A model generated the notes under the pieces. The model searched no databases. It was given only the letters and a program-made list of their open reading frames with translations, and was not told the origin of the DNA. The position numbers and the translations under genes are program-made. From the IMG/VR virus record IMGVR_UViG_2636415425_000001, positions 47,083 through 111,082 of that record: a stretch of 64,000 nucleotides of DNA; one strand, written 5' to 3'. Below, one piece after another: positions 46,492 through 56,661 of the stretch. How positions within the stretch are numbered: the first letter of the stretch is position 1; every line of letters starts with the position of its first letter. The stretch is from a virus. Taxonomy: Duplodnaviria; Caudoviricetes.

Positions 46492-47081
46492 ATTCGGCAG
46501 CATCAGCATCCCTTGAATTCAGCACGTTGGCTGAGTTGTCGGCCCACTATCGTCAGGTCCGAGCTCGGTTGCCGGTTGTGGTCCCGCAGTGGCAGCGCGA
46601 CACGCTGGCGCTGCCCCCGGGTCTTCTCCGCCTGCCGGCGCCGGCCGCCTTCGCGACCGTCGAGGATATCGTTCCGTCGCAGTTGAGACGGGCGCCGGAG
46701 GAAGTTCGGAAGTTGAGCGGCGAAGCCGAGCGCGTGGCGATCCGCAGGTCGATCGCCGCATACCGCGCCCTGCTTTGCCAAATGCCGGCGAACCAGCGCC
46801 GGGTCAATTTGATCAAGGCTGCGGTCGGTCGCGCTTTCAAGGTCAGCCAGGACGGCTTCACGCACCATTCACGCCGACACGGCGTGACGCGCATCCGGCA
46901 GATCGCGATGTGCCTCTCGAAGCTGCTGACCACGACCAGCCACAACGAGATCGGCCGCAGTTTCGGCGGTCGCGACCACACCACGGTGCTGCACGCCTAC
47001 CGCAAGTTTCTGCCGATCGTCGCCGAGGTCATGGCCGAGATGAACGACGGTCAACCCTGCCAGATCGGGGGCCAACTATGA
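46488..47081 (+). CDS. DnaA C-terminal (domain IV) HTH protein
   Basis: RQIAM...EIGRSFGGRDHTTVLHA. Confidence 0.85.
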   Translation: MNSAASASLEFSTLAELSAHYRQVRARLPVVVPQWQRDTLALPPGLLRLPAPAAFATVEDIVPSQLRRAPEEVRKLSGEAERVAIRRSIAAYRALLCQMPANQRRVNLIKAAVGRAFKVSQDGFTHHSRRHGVTRIRQIAMCLSKLLTTTSHNEIGRSFGGRDHTTVLHAYRKFLPIVAEVMAEMNDGQPCQIGGQL

Positions 47082-47920
47082 CGATGACCGACGGATATTT
47101 CGCCGATCAGCCGATCGTGCCTGGCGCCGACGTCATCTATCGGCCGAAGGGCAACGCCGGTGAGTACGCGCCGCTGGCGACGAACCCCTATCGAGGCTGC
47201 GGACACGGCTGCGCCTATTGCTACGTTCCGCCGGCGACGCATATCCCGCGGCTGACTTTCGACCAGGGCGCAGTACCGCGACCTGGGTTCATGCAGCGGC
47301 TCGACCGCGATATCCGACGCTATCAGGCCGCCGGCGTCTCCGACGGTCACCCCGCCGATCAGATCTTCATCACGTTCTCCAGCGACCCGTTCCACCGCGG
47401 CGACCTCTCCCTGACTCGGCAAACAATGCATGCTCTCAAGGAAGGCGGCATGTCGTTCTGCACTTTGTCCAAGGGTGGACGTCGTGCGCTATCGTTCCTG
47501 CCGGAATACCGCCGCGAGCGGGACGCTTACGCCTGCACGCTGACAACGTTGGACGATGAGTTCTCGCAGACATGGGAGCGCAATGCGGCGTTGCCCGGCG
47601 AGCGGATCGCCGTGCTGGAGACCTTCCACCAGGCCGGCATTTTCACTTGGGTGTCGCTCGAACCGACGCTCGATGCCGCAGCTTCGGTTGCGATCGTCCG
47701 GGCAACGTACAGGTTCGTGGATCTCTACAAGATCGGGCGCGCCAACTACGTCCCCAAGATCTCCAAGACGATCGATTGGGCGGCATACACCCGCGACGTG
47801 ACTCAGGCGTGCCGCGAGGTCGGCGCGCGCCATTACGTGAAGCGCGACCTGCAAGCCCATTTGCCACCTGGTTATGACAACCCCCTGCGCGTTCCGCAGC
47901 ATCATGGAGCCACGGCATGA
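47078..47920 (+). CDS. Radical SAM protein (SPL-like)
   Basis: NPYRGCGHGCAYCY (CxxxCxxC), SSDPF, WVSLEP. Confidence 0.85.
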   Translation: MTMTDGYFADQPIVPGADVIYRPKGNAGEYAPLATNPYRGCGHGCAYCYVPPATHIPRLTFDQGAVPRPGFMQRLDRDIRRYQAAGVSDGHPADQIFITFSSDPFHRGDLSLTRQTMHALKEGGMSFCTLSKGGRRALSFLPEYRRERDAYACTLTTLDDEFSQTWERNAALPGERIAVLETFHQAGIFTWVSLEPTLDAAASVAIVRATYRFVDLYKIGRANYVPKISKTIDWAAYTRDVTQACREVGARHYVKRDLQAHLPPGYDNPLRVPQHHGATA

Positions 47921-48561
47921 AGCCCGAGTTCATCACCTTCACCGGTATCGACAACTGGACCGAGCTCCACGACATCCACGTCCTCTCGATCAAGTACCCT
48001 GTCGAGTTCGGTGTCTTGTTCAGCCCAAAGCGCCAGGGCACCGATCCGCGCTATCCCGACGGCGACGCGCTGTCCCGCTTCATGTGGAGCGGGCTCCGGC
48101 TGTCAGCGCACCTCTGCGGCGACTACAGCCGCCGGATCATGGCAGGCGAGTCCATCGTCGACACCATCCCGGTCGACCTCGGGTACCTGAACCGGGTTCA
48201 GGTGAACCACGCCGAGCCGGATCCGGCGAAGATCATCGAATTTCGCAACGGCTGGGGATCGATGCGCGCGATCGCGCAGACCCGCGCCGATGCGTTCCCG
48301 GCCGACACCTCCGTGGACTGGCTCTTTGATCGCAGCGGCGGCACCGGCGTCGCGCCGACGGCCTGGCCGATGCATCCCGGCGGCGATCGGCTGGTTGGTT
48401 ACGCCGGCGGCATCTCGCCCGACAACATCCGCGGCGTCATGTCGGTGCTCGAGCAGATGCCAGGTCGATACTGGATCGACATGGAAAGCGGAGTCCGGAC
48501 CGACGACCGGTTCGACATCGCAAAGTGCCGTGCCGTTTGCGAGGCGGTGTTCGGCAAATGA
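47917..48561 (+). CDS. TrpF/PRAI-like TIM-barrel protein
   Basis: LFDRSGGTG, GYAGGISPDN, WIDMESGVR. Confidence 0.7.
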   Translation: MKPEFITFTGIDNWTELHDIHVLSIKYPVEFGVLFSPKRQGTDPRYPDGDALSRFMWSGLRLSAHLCGDYSRRIMAGESIVDTIPVDLGYLNRVQVNHAEPDPAKIIEFRNGWGSMRAIAQTRADAFPADTSVDWLFDRSGGTGVAPTAWPMHPGGDRLVGYAGGISPDNIRGVMSVLEQMPGRYWIDMESGVRTDDRFDIAKCRAVCEAVFGK

Positions 48562-49274
48562 GGGACGTTCCGGTAATCTTTAGCGCCCCGATGGTGCAGT
48601 CCCTGCTTCGCGAAGTTGAAGCGCCGGGGACCGGCAAGACCATGACGCGGCGCCTCGCTTGGGGCGAGCCGTTCACCGTCTACGACGACGAAGACGGCGA
48701 ACAGGCGGCGAAGCTCCGAAAGAAGGGCTGCAAGGTCAGCGGTCCGGACGATACTTCCGCGCGTATCGCTTGGCCCCCGTCACCGTGGCAGCGCGTGAAG
48801 GCTGGCGACCGCCTCTGGGTGCGCGAGTCCGTCAAGGGCGAACCGAACGCAGAGGGATGGGACGGCGTCCGCTACGCCGCCGACAATGCCTGGATCATGT
48901 CGACGGCGGCGAACGCCGAAGAGGCCGACGAATTCGTCGCTCTTTACCGTTACGGCGGCAAGCGCGGCGCGAGCGTTCCTTCGATCCATATGCCGCGTTG
49001 GGTCTCCCGTATCACGCTGATCGTCACCGCGACGAAGATCGAGCGGCTGACCACGATCACCGAGGCTGATGCCATCGCCGAAGGTGTCGAGCACCGCGGC
49101 GAGCGCGACTACTGGGCCGGGCTCAACCGCGGGACCGATGCCGTTGCTTGCTTCTCCGCGCTCTGGCGGTCGCTACACGGTATGGGCTCGTGGGACAAGA
49201 ACCCCGAGGTCGTCGCCCTCACCTTCAAAGTCATCAAAGCCAACATCGATAAGCCGGAGGCTCGTGCAGCATGA
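48558..49274 (+). CDS. ASCH/PUA-like phage protein
   Basis: IFSAPMV, GKTMTRR, GDRLWVRE, PSIHMPRW. Confidence 0.75.
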   Translation: MRDVPVIFSAPMVQSLLREVEAPGTGKTMTRRLAWGEPFTVYDDEDGEQAAKLRKKGCKVSGPDDTSARIAWPPSPWQRVKAGDRLWVRESVKGEPNAEGWDGVRYAADNAWIMSTAANAEEADEFVALYRYGGKRGASVPSIHMPRWVSRITLIVTATKIERLTTITEADAIAEGVEHRGERDYWAGLNRGTDAVACFSALWRSLHGMGSWDKNPEVVALTFKVIKANIDKPEARAA

Positions 49275-49753
49275 CAGACACCGCTCCCATCTGCTGCGGC
49301 ATCGCCACCCGCCTGACGACCGGAAAAGAGATCTATCCGCATCGGCGCGACCTGCATTGGAAGCACTTCTACAAGTGCGACCGCTGCGGCAAATATTGCG
49401 GCTGCCATCCCGGCACCACGAAGAGCCTCGGCACGCCGGCAGATGCCGCCACCCGCGCAGCGCGATCGAACCTGCACGACAACGTCTTCGATCCGATCTG
49501 GAAGAGCGCGGTGACGACAGGCCAATACGATCCCGAGGACCACAAAGCGAAGACCAGGATCCTGAAGGCGGCTCGGTCCCGGCTCTACCGCTACCTGGCG
49601 CACCACCTCGGTATCGATCGCGATGCCTGCCACTTCGGCATGTTCACGCTCGAGCAGTGCAAGCGCGCGACCGAGATCCTGAGCGGACTGTCCTATCGGA
49701 CGGTTCGGGATTGGCACTATGCGCGGGTCAAGCAGGAAGGCAAAGCGGCATGA
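49271..49753 (+). CDS. DUF3268-like zinc-finger protein
   Basis: EIYPHR, CDRC..YCGCHPGT, CHFGMF. Confidence 0.75.
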   Translation: MTDTAPICCGIATRLTTGKEIYPHRRDLHWKHFYKCDRCGKYCGCHPGTTKSLGTPADAATRAARSNLHDNVFDPIWKSAVTTGQYDPEDHKAKTRILKAARSRLYRYLAHHLGIDRDACHFGMFTLEQCKRATEILSGLSYRTVRDWHYARVKQEGKAA

Positions 49754-50181
49754 GCATCGACGGCGCTATCTATCCCTGCCCGCTCTGTCTCGGCACGAAC
49801 CTGAACTCCTTTAGCCATTGGGTTTCGCTCAACGACGGCATGAAGGAAATCCCCAAGGTCCAGTGCAGGGCCTGCCACTGCGAGGCGAGCGTTCAAGCCT
49901 GGTCGGCGCGGAAGCCTGTTCCGCCGGCAGCGTGGCTGCTCGTCGAGGCCCTGCGCGCGGATGAGGCCCACAGCGTCACGCTGTTTTGTGACAACCCCGA
50001 TTTCAACATGGGGCCGGACAGCGCGGTCGAGGTCTGCGGCGATTACACCGACTGGAGCGAGCGCCGGTTCGAGGGCGACAATCTCACCGCCGCGCTGATG
50101 GCGGCGTATCTCGCCAAGACCGGCGGCACCGTGTCGCCCGAGATCGCGGAAGCCCTGAAGCGGGAGGCCGCCCATGGCTGA
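49750..50181 (+). CDS. Zn-ribbon hypothetical protein
   Basis: PCPLC...CRAC. Confidence 0.6.
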   Translation: MSIDGAIYPCPLCLGTNLNSFSHWVSLNDGMKEIPKVQCRACHCEASVQAWSARKPVPPAAWLLVEALRADEAHSVTLFCDNPDFNMGPDSAVEVCGDYTDWSERRFEGDNLTAALMAAYLAKTGGTVSPEIAEALKREAAHG

Positions 50182-50578
50182 CGTCACCGGTCCTATCTCG
50201 ACGCTGCCGGGCTCCGGTCACCGTCTGCCGGACGGCACGATGTGTGACCGCCACCCCGATCGGCCGGCGGTAGCGCGCATCCAAGGCGAGACCGACTCCT
50301 TCGGCTCCGAGATGAATGATCTCTGCACGGAGTGTCTCGAGGCTCAGCGCGTCTATGCAAGATCTCCGGAGGCGCGAACTGGTCGATGCGACTGGTGCAA
50401 GACGAACGCCACGGACCTGAGCAACACCCGCGACATCGACGAGGGCTCGGCAGGACCGGTCTACCGCGTCTGCGGCGGCTGCAAGAAGAAGCAAGACGAC
50501 GCAATTCGCGAAGAACTCGACCGTTACGATCGCGAGCACGGTCCGCTCGACGATGGCTACGATGACTACGACGATTGA
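50174..50578 (+). CDS. Cys-rich phage protein
   Basis: CDRHP, QGETDSFG, CTEC, CDWC, CGGC. Confidence 0.7.
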   Translation: MADVTGPISTLPGSGHRLPDGTMCDRHPDRPAVARIQGETDSFGSEMNDLCTECLEAQRVYARSPEARTGRCDWCKTNATDLSNTRDIDEGSAGPVYRVCGGCKKKQDDAIREELDRYDREHGPLDDGYDDYDD

Positions 50579-50605
50579 CCCAAACATCCCGCAGGAGGTG
50601 AACCA

Positions 50606-51433
50606 ATGCGCAAGACCGTTAAAGCAGATCTCATCATCATCGACCCCCAGAACGACTTCATGGACCAGAAGGGGGCAGCGCTGCCGGTTGCCGGCGCCGT
50701 CGCCGACATGACGCGCGTCGCCGGTGTCGTGAAGCGGATCGGCCGGCGGCTGAATGACATCCACGTCACGCTGGACTCGCACCGCGTCATCGACGTTGCG
50801 CATCCTGGGTTCTGGCGCGGTGCCGACGGCAAGCACCCTGCCCCGTTCACCATGATCACCAACGCCGACATCAAGTCGGGCATGTGGGAGCCGCGCAACC
50901 ACACGCTCCGCAGGCGCATGCTGGACTACACCGCCGCGCTCGAGGCGGCCGGCAAGTTCGTTCTCATGATCTGGCCGGAACACTGCATCATCGGCAGCTG
51001 GGGCCACAACGTCGTCGACGTCCTTCGCGACGAGCTCGCCGCCTGGGAGCGCGACAACTTCGCCACGATCGATTTCGTCACGAAGGGCACCAACACCTTC
51101 ACGGAGCACTACGGAGCTCTGATGGCTGAGGTGCCGGATCCCGCCGATCCCTCGACCCAGTTGAACGGTGGCTTCCTCAGCGTGCTGCAGGAAGCCGACG
51201 TCATCGGCATCGCCGGCGAGGCATCCTCGCACTGCGTCGCCACCACGATCCGGCAGATCGTCGACAACATCGGCGACGACCACCTTCGCAAGATCCACAT
51301 CTTGACGGACTGCATGTCGCCGGTCCCGCAGACGCCCGGCGGACCCGACTTCCCGGCGATCGCGCAGCAGTTCCTGAAGGACATGGAAGCGCGCGGGCTC
51401 GTCCTCACGACGTCCGACGCCTTCCTGGCCTGA
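50606..51433 (+). CDS. Nicotinamidase/isochorismatase-family cysteine hydrolase
   Basis: IIDPQNDF, TLDSH, WPEHC, TKG, GEASSHCV (Asp-Lys-Cys triad plus metal ligands). Confidence 0.9.
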   Translation: MRKTVKADLIIIDPQNDFMDQKGAALPVAGAVADMTRVAGVVKRIGRRLNDIHVTLDSHRVIDVAHPGFWRGADGKHPAPFTMITNADIKSGMWEPRNHTLRRRMLDYTAALEAAGKFVLMIWPEHCIIGSWGHNVVDVLRDELAAWERDNFATIDFVTKGTNTFTEHYGALMAEVPDPADPSTQLNGGFLSVLQEADVIGIAGEASSHCVATTIRQIVDNIGDDHLRKIHILTDCMSPVPQTPGGPDFPAIAQQFLKDMEARGLVLTTSDAFLA

Positions 51434-51472
51434 TTCCACGACACCACCCTCGAATTCCCGAAAGGAGCCACA

Positions 51473-52222
51473 ATGCCCCGTCTCGACGGAACTGACATCG
51501 AAACCCACAACCTCGGCGGCAACTTCTCATTCACCGGTGCCCGTATCGCAGGGCTCGGCGCCACCGAGTACACCCTGGTCGATATCGAAGTCGACATGAG
51601 CGGATCGGTCTCGCCGTTCCTCAGCGACCTGATCGCCATGATCAAGGCGTCGGTCGAGGCCTGCCGGAAATCGCCACGGTCGGAAAACCTGCTGGTCCGC
51701 GTCGCGGCATTCAGCAGTTCGTATCCTGGCGGCATCAACGAGGTGCATGGTTTCATCCCGTTGGCCAGCGTCGACCAGACCGCATATGACCGGCTCAGCG
51801 CCGGCGGCGGAACGCCGCTCTTCGACGCCTGCTACGTCGGCGTCGGCGCCGCGAATGCCTATGCGAAGATGCTCTTCGACCAGGAATTCAACGCCAACGG
51901 CATCAGCTTCTTCATCACCGACGGCGAGGACACCGGCGGCGCCGCATCACCGGCCATGATCAAGGCCGAGATCGCGCGGGCGACGAAGGAAGAATTCCTC
52001 GAGAGCCACGTCAGCATCCTGATCGGGATCAATGCCGCCGCCTGCACCGCGGCGCTCGGCCGGTTCCAGAAGGAAGCCGGCATCACCCAGTACATCGACG
52101 CCGGCGACGTCACCAAAGGCAAGCTGGCCAAGTTGGCGGCCTTTGTCTCGCAGTCGGTTTCGAGCACGTCGCAGGCGCTCGGCACCGGCGGTCCCAGCCA
52201 AGCCATCGCGGCCACGATCTGA
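51473..52222 (+). CDS. vWA domain protein (TerY/YegL-like)
   Basis: MIDAS DMSGS, GGTPLFDA, ITDGED. Confidence 0.88.
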   Translation: MPRLDGTDIETHNLGGNFSFTGARIAGLGATEYTLVDIEVDMSGSVSPFLSDLIAMIKASVEACRKSPRSENLLVRVAAFSSSYPGGINEVHGFIPLASVDQTAYDRLSAGGGTPLFDACYVGVGAANAYAKMLFDQEFNANGISFFITDGEDTGGAASPAMIKAEIARATKEEFLESHVSILIGINAAACTAALGRFQKEAGITQYIDAGDVTKGKLAKLAAFVSQSVSSTSQALGTGGPSQAIAATI

Positions 52223-52245
52223 TCCCAGCCGCCGCGGAGAACATC

Positions 52246-53064
52246 ATGCGCTTCACAGTTGACCACTCCTTTCATATCGGATCGCAGCATCTCCGCGGCG
52301 GCATGCCGTGCCAGGACTACGCGCTGTCGCACACCGACAGCGACTTCTTTGCGGCCGCCATAATCTCTGACGGCTGCTCAAGCGGCGGAAAGACGGACGT
52401 TGGATCTCGCGTGGTCGCCCACTCGACGCTCACGGCCATCATAGAGAACCCGCATCTGGATGAGAGGTCGATCGATCGTCACTGCCACGACCGCGATCGT
52501 CGCGCGATGATGGCTCTTTGCCTCAAGCCCGAAGACATGCTGGCAACCAGCCTCTACATCGCGATCTGGGGTGACCGCGCCATCTCGCGCGTTGTCGGCG
52601 ACGGCGTGATTGCTGCAGTCCATCGCGATGGGCGGCTGGTTATGAACAAGATCGACTGGGCAAACAACATGCCCGTCTATCGGGCCTACGAGCGGCGCGA
52701 CAACTATCGGGATTTCATTTCCGCTCACGGTGGTCCGGACGCCCTTGGGTTCTCCCAGCATGTGGTCTCCTGGGACGGTGAGTTTAGCCTTCCACACCCG
52801 GTCGAGGCCGGGCTCGTCGGCACCAGCATTGATCATGATCTGCAGATGTTCAGGCTCATCGCCGTCTTCTCCGACGGCGTGACGCAGGTCGACGGCATGG
52901 ACTGGCGCGAAGTCGTCACCCAGCTGATGTCCTTCAAGTCGACCGGTGGCGCCTTTGTGAAGCGCCGCATGCTGCGGTTCCTCAAGGACTGCCAGGCGCA
53001 CGGCAAAGGCCCGATCGACGATATCGCCATGGCCTGCATCCACATCGACCACGAGGCCGAGTGA
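52246..53064 (+). CDS. PP2C-family phosphatase (YegK-like)
   Basis: GSQH...PCQD, SDGCSS, VGDG, FSDGV, DDIA. Confidence 0.88.
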   Translation: MRFTVDHSFHIGSQHLRGGMPCQDYALSHTDSDFFAAAIISDGCSSGGKTDVGSRVVAHSTLTAIIENPHLDERSIDRHCHDRDRRAMMALCLKPEDMLATSLYIAIWGDRAISRVVGDGVIAAVHRDGRLVMNKIDWANNMPVYRAYERRDNYRDFISAHGGPDALGFSQHVVSWDGEFSLPHPVEAGLVGTSIDHDLQMFRLIAVFSDGVTQVDGMDWREVVTQLMSFKSTGGAFVKRRMLRFLKDCQAHGKGPIDDIAMACIHIDHEAE

Positions 53065-53447
53065 TGGGCGCGACCTATTTCCAAGACTTTACCCGCGACA
53101 ACGGTTACCCCGTGACGGTCGAGTACGGCTATTCGCCGGGCAGCGAAACGACCTATTCGCCGATGCACGGCGCCTGCGGTGGCGCCCCCTGCGAAATCCA
53201 GATCGTCTCGTCCATGCCCAACACGCCGGCATTCGAGCGCTTCAGCGGGATCTACAACCATCTTCGCTGGGGCCGGCGCCAGGCCTGGCAGCGCCCAGCG
53301 TTCGAGCTTGCTGCCGCCATTGTCCGCCTTTGCCGATGGATCTGGGAGTTTCGCGCCCGCCTTTCGACCGAGGAGCGAGAGCGCATGGAGGAATGGCTCG
53401 CCGAGCACCACGTCTACGAACCCTATGAGCCGGAGGACTGCAACTGA
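53064..53447 (+). CDS. Hypothetical protein
   Basis: Coupled between the PP2C and kinase genes. Confidence 0.55.
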   Translation: MGATYFQDFTRDNGYPVTVEYGYSPGSETTYSPMHGACGGAPCEIQIVSSMPNTPAFERFSGIYNHLRWGRRQAWQRPAFELAAAIVRLCRWIWEFRARLSTEERERMEEWLAEHHVYEPYEPEDCN

Positions 53448-55192
53448 TGGCGCGCAGGGGCACGATCAACGTCCACCTCGAGGGCCGCGGCGCGATGACG
53501 CTGCGCGAGGCCAATTACGTCACTTCCGGCGGCGAAGGCTCGATCTACCGGACCGGCAAGACCATCGTGAAGCTCTACACCGACGCCGACAAGATGGCGC
53601 GCGACGGCATGCCGGAGAAGGTGAAGGCGCTGGCCAGCCTGAAGCATGCCGGCATCGTGGCGCCGCAAGGACTGGTGCTGGATGACTCGAGGAAGCCGGT
53701 CGGCTTCTACATGCCGTTCGTCGACGGCGAGCCGATGTCGCGGGTATTCGTGTCGGATTACCGGGTGCGGACCGGTTTCGCGGATGGCGACGCCGTCGCG
53801 CTGACGCAGTCCATGTACGAGATCGTCGAATATGCCCACAGCCAGAAGGCAGTGCTGGTCGACGCGAACGAGCTCAATTGGCTGGTCGGCTTCCGGAAGG
53901 GTGCCGCGGCGACCGCCTCGGTGATCGACGTCGATTCCTGGGCGATCGGCCGCTGGGGCGCCTCGGTCATCATGCCGTCCATCCGCGACTGGCACGCCTC
54001 CTCGTTCGATGCTCAGACGGATTGGTTCGCGTGGGGCATCGTGGCGTTCCAAGTCTTCACCGGCATCCACCCCTACAAGGGTCGGATCGAAGGCTATAAG
54101 CCTGCCGATCTCGTCCAGAGGATGAAGGACAACGCGTCGGTCTTCGACAAGCGGGCCAAGATGCCGCTGTCGGTCCGCGACTTTGCCTGCATCCCTGGCC
54201 CGCTGCTGGACTGGTTCCAGACCACGTTCCAACTCGGCAAGCGCGGGACGCCGCCGGCGCCGACGGCAAAGGGCAAGCCGGCGAAGGCGGCGCAGATCAT
54301 GCGGGCCGTCACGACGGCGACCGGCGGCGCGCTGGTGTTCGAGAAGGTGTTCGCGCGTGGCGGCTGGCATGTCACGCGGGTCTGGGCGAACGGCGCCGCC
54401 CGGCTGACGTCCGGCGAAGTCGTCGACCTCTCGACTGGCGGCGCGATCGCGCACCAGGTGCCGGCGGACGCCGAGGTCATCAAGGTCCCAGAGGGTTGGG
54501 TCATTTCGCTCCCGACCCAGAACGAGATCCTTTTCGCGCACATCCCGTTCGAGATGGTCGGCGGCGCCGGCGGCCGCAGGTTTGCCGATCAGCCGGTACC
54601 GCTCCGCCGCGTCTTCCGCGCCGGCGAGACGCTATTCGGCGTCACCGACCGCGAGTTGATTGAGCTCGAGCTCAACGATGTCGGCGGCCGGCCGCGCATG
54701 ATCATGGATCGGCGCTGGAACATGCTGGTCGGCGCCACGACCTGGTTGGATGACGTCGCCGTTACCGACGCGCTCGGCAACGCCTTCGTGGTGCTCCCGC
54801 ATGCCGGCGGCATCTCGCAGATCCGGGTGCCGGAGCTCGACGGCGGGACAATAGTCTCAGGCAAGGCCGCAGGTCGCTTCGCCGCCTTCGCTGTCATCAG
54901 CGGACAAGGAAACTTCTACCGCATCGAACTGACGTTCGATCGCACCTTCACGACCTATCAGGTGTGGACCGGGCCGGTCGACAGCGCCGAGCTCAACATG
55001 GCCATCCTGCCGCGTGGGGTCGCTGCCACCATCACCAATGACTTCGAGATCACGATCTTCGTCCCGACCACGGGCGTCATGAACAAGGTCCGCGACACCG
55101 GCGTCAGCACCGCGATGAAACTGGCGGCCTGGGGCGAGCGCATCGTCTACCTGATCGACGGCGCCGTCTGGCAGATGAGGATGGCACCATGA
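53447..55192 (+). CDS. Ser/Thr protein kinase (YegI-like) with an unrecognised C-terminal domain
   Basis: SGGEGSIY, VKLY, GFYMP, LVDANELN, IDVDS, TDWFAW, GIHPY. Confidence 0.88.
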   Translation: MARRGTINVHLEGRGAMTLREANYVTSGGEGSIYRTGKTIVKLYTDADKMARDGMPEKVKALASLKHAGIVAPQGLVLDDSRKPVGFYMPFVDGEPMSRVFVSDYRVRTGFADGDAVALTQSMYEIVEYAHSQKAVLVDANELNWLVGFRKGAAATASVIDVDSWAIGRWGASVIMPSIRDWHASSFDAQTDWFAWGIVAFQVFTGIHPYKGRIEGYKPADLVQRMKDNASVFDKRAKMPLSVRDFACIPGPLLDWFQTTFQLGKRGTPPAPTAKGKPAKAAQIMRAVTTATGGALVFEKVFARGGWHVTRVWANGAARLTSGEVVDLSTGGAIAHQVPADAEVIKVPEGWVISLPTQNEILFAHIPFEMVGGAGGRRFADQPVPLRRVFRAGETLFGVTDRELIELELNDVGGRPRMIMDRRWNMLVGATTWLDDVAVTDALGNAFVVLPHAGGISQIRVPELDGGTIVSGKAAGRFAAFAVISGQGNFYRIELTFDRTFTTYQVWTGPVDSAELNMAILPRGVAATITNDFEITIFVPTTGVMNKVRDTGVSTAMKLAAWGERIVYLIDGAVWQMRMAP

Positions 55193-55515
55193 CCGCCGGC
55201 CGCGCTTGGGTGAAAGACCGGCTCGCCGCGATCCGATCGCTGGACGAGACCACGTTTCAGAAGTTCATGACCAAGTGGAACATGCCGCAGCCGCGACAGT
55301 GGTTGCCGCAGGCCCGGCTCGTTCTCATGCACAAGATGCGGTGTGATGCCGGCATCGTCGGGTTGACCGAGGAAGAACGCCAAGCCTCTCGGGACTGGCT
55401 GAAGCAGAACGGCTACAGCGAGTCGACCGCTCAACCCGGCGGCTGTCCTGCCTGCGGACACATCGGCCCATCGTTCACCGACTGCCCGACCTGCGGAATG
55501 GGAGCGAAGCAATGA
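55189..55515 (+). CDS. Hypothetical protein with C-terminal Zn ribbon
   Basis: CPAC...CPTC. Confidence 0.6.
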   Translation: MTAGRAWVKDRLAAIRSLDETTFQKFMTKWNMPQPRQWLPQARLVLMHKMRCDAGIVGLTEEERQASRDWLKQNGYSESTAQPGGCPACGHIGPSFTDCPTCGMGAKQ

Positions 55516-56252
55516 CGGCACCGCTTTTCGCTGGCATGGGCGCCCATCAGACACCGCGGCGCAATCGCACCGACAACTGGCTGACGCCGCCCTGGCTGCT
55601 GCGCATGCTCGGCGGCTGGGAAGCGTACGACTTGGATCCGAGCGCGATGGTCGACCAGCCGTGGCCGACGGCCCGCCGGCACTACACCATCAACGACAAC
55701 GGCCTGCTGCTGCCGTGGGAAGGCGACGTCTGGCTGAACCCGCCCTATCTCCGCGGGCTGCTCGGTCGCTTCATGGCGAGAATGGCCGCGCACGGTCGCG
55801 GCATCGCGCTGATCTTCGCCCGCACGGAGACGTCGACCTTTTTCCGCTACGTCTGGGAGCGCGCCACCGCGGTCTTGTTCCCGCGCGGTCGGATCGACTT
55901 CTGCACCCCGGACGGCGGCACCGCCGGCGACTCCGGCGCGCCCTCCGTTCTCTGCGCCTATGGCGATCGGCACGCCGAGGTGCTCGCCGCCGTCGATCCC
56001 GACTTCGGTCAATTCCTGCCGCTGCGGCTGCCGCGGAGCGTCGCGGTCCTGGCGCTGGCGACGACCTGGCGCGAGGCGATCGTCGATTGGCTGCGCGCGC
56101 AGCGCGGTCCCGTCGCCCTCGCCGAAATCTACCGCGCCTTCGCGTCTCACCCGAAGGCGGCCACCAACCCGAATTACCAGGCCAAGATCCGGCAGGTGCT
56201 CCAGCTGGGCGCCGGCGTTCGGGTCGGTCGCGGACAATGGAGCGCAGCTTGA
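55512..56252 (+). CDS. Phage Dam-type N6-adenine methyltransferase
   Basis: WLTPP, DLDP, VWLNPPY, FARTET. Confidence 0.88.
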   Translation: MTAPLFAGMGAHQTPRRNRTDNWLTPPWLLRMLGGWEAYDLDPSAMVDQPWPTARRHYTINDNGLLLPWEGDVWLNPPYLRGLLGRFMARMAAHGRGIALIFARTETSTFFRYVWERATAVLFPRGRIDFCTPDGGTAGDSGAPSVLCAYGDRHAEVLAAVDPDFGQFLPLRLPRSVAVLALATTWREAIVDWLRAQRGPVALAEIYRAFASHPKAATNPNYQAKIRQVLQLGAGVRVGRGQWSAA

Positions 56253-56659
56253 GGCCCTCTCTGACAATCACAAAGGTGAATTCTGGAAATGGAGACGACC
56301 GGGTCCGCGTCACGATTAGATCCGGGCAACGGGTCATAGCTCAGACCGAGTGTAGTCTTGAGGATTACGCGAAGGCGCAGTTCGGGCTGTCAGAGGTGGC
56401 GGTCAATCTGGTTACTCGCGAAAGCAGTGCGGTGCCGGCAGACACGATCTCGGCGGGCATTACCGAGCAAGTCGCCATCCTCTACTCGGACGGATCGTTC
56501 AACGTCCTCGGGACGAAGCGCGATCGCGCGAGGATTCTGGCGGAAGCGCGGGATCAATGCGCCGACGCAAATCTCTACGAGAAACGCCCCTCCCACCTCG
56601 CGCGTGTCGTGTTGGTCGAAGTCTTGGTCAAACGCGACATCCCCGAAGACGAGAAGTGA
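56249..56659 (+). CDS. Hypothetical protein
   Basis: Fills the gap; TTG start overlaps the upstream stop. Confidence 0.5.
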   Translation: MRPSLTITKVNSGNGDDRVRVTIRSGQRVIAQTECSLEDYAKAQFGLSEVAVNLVTRESSAVPADTISAGITEQVAILYSDGSFNVLGTKRDRARILAEARDQCADANLYEKRPSHLARVVLVEVLVKRDIPEDEK

Positions 56660-56661
56660 TC

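Noticed and set aside
50084-51508. 474-aa minus-strand ORF
   Set aside because: Shadow of the nicotinamidase-like gene
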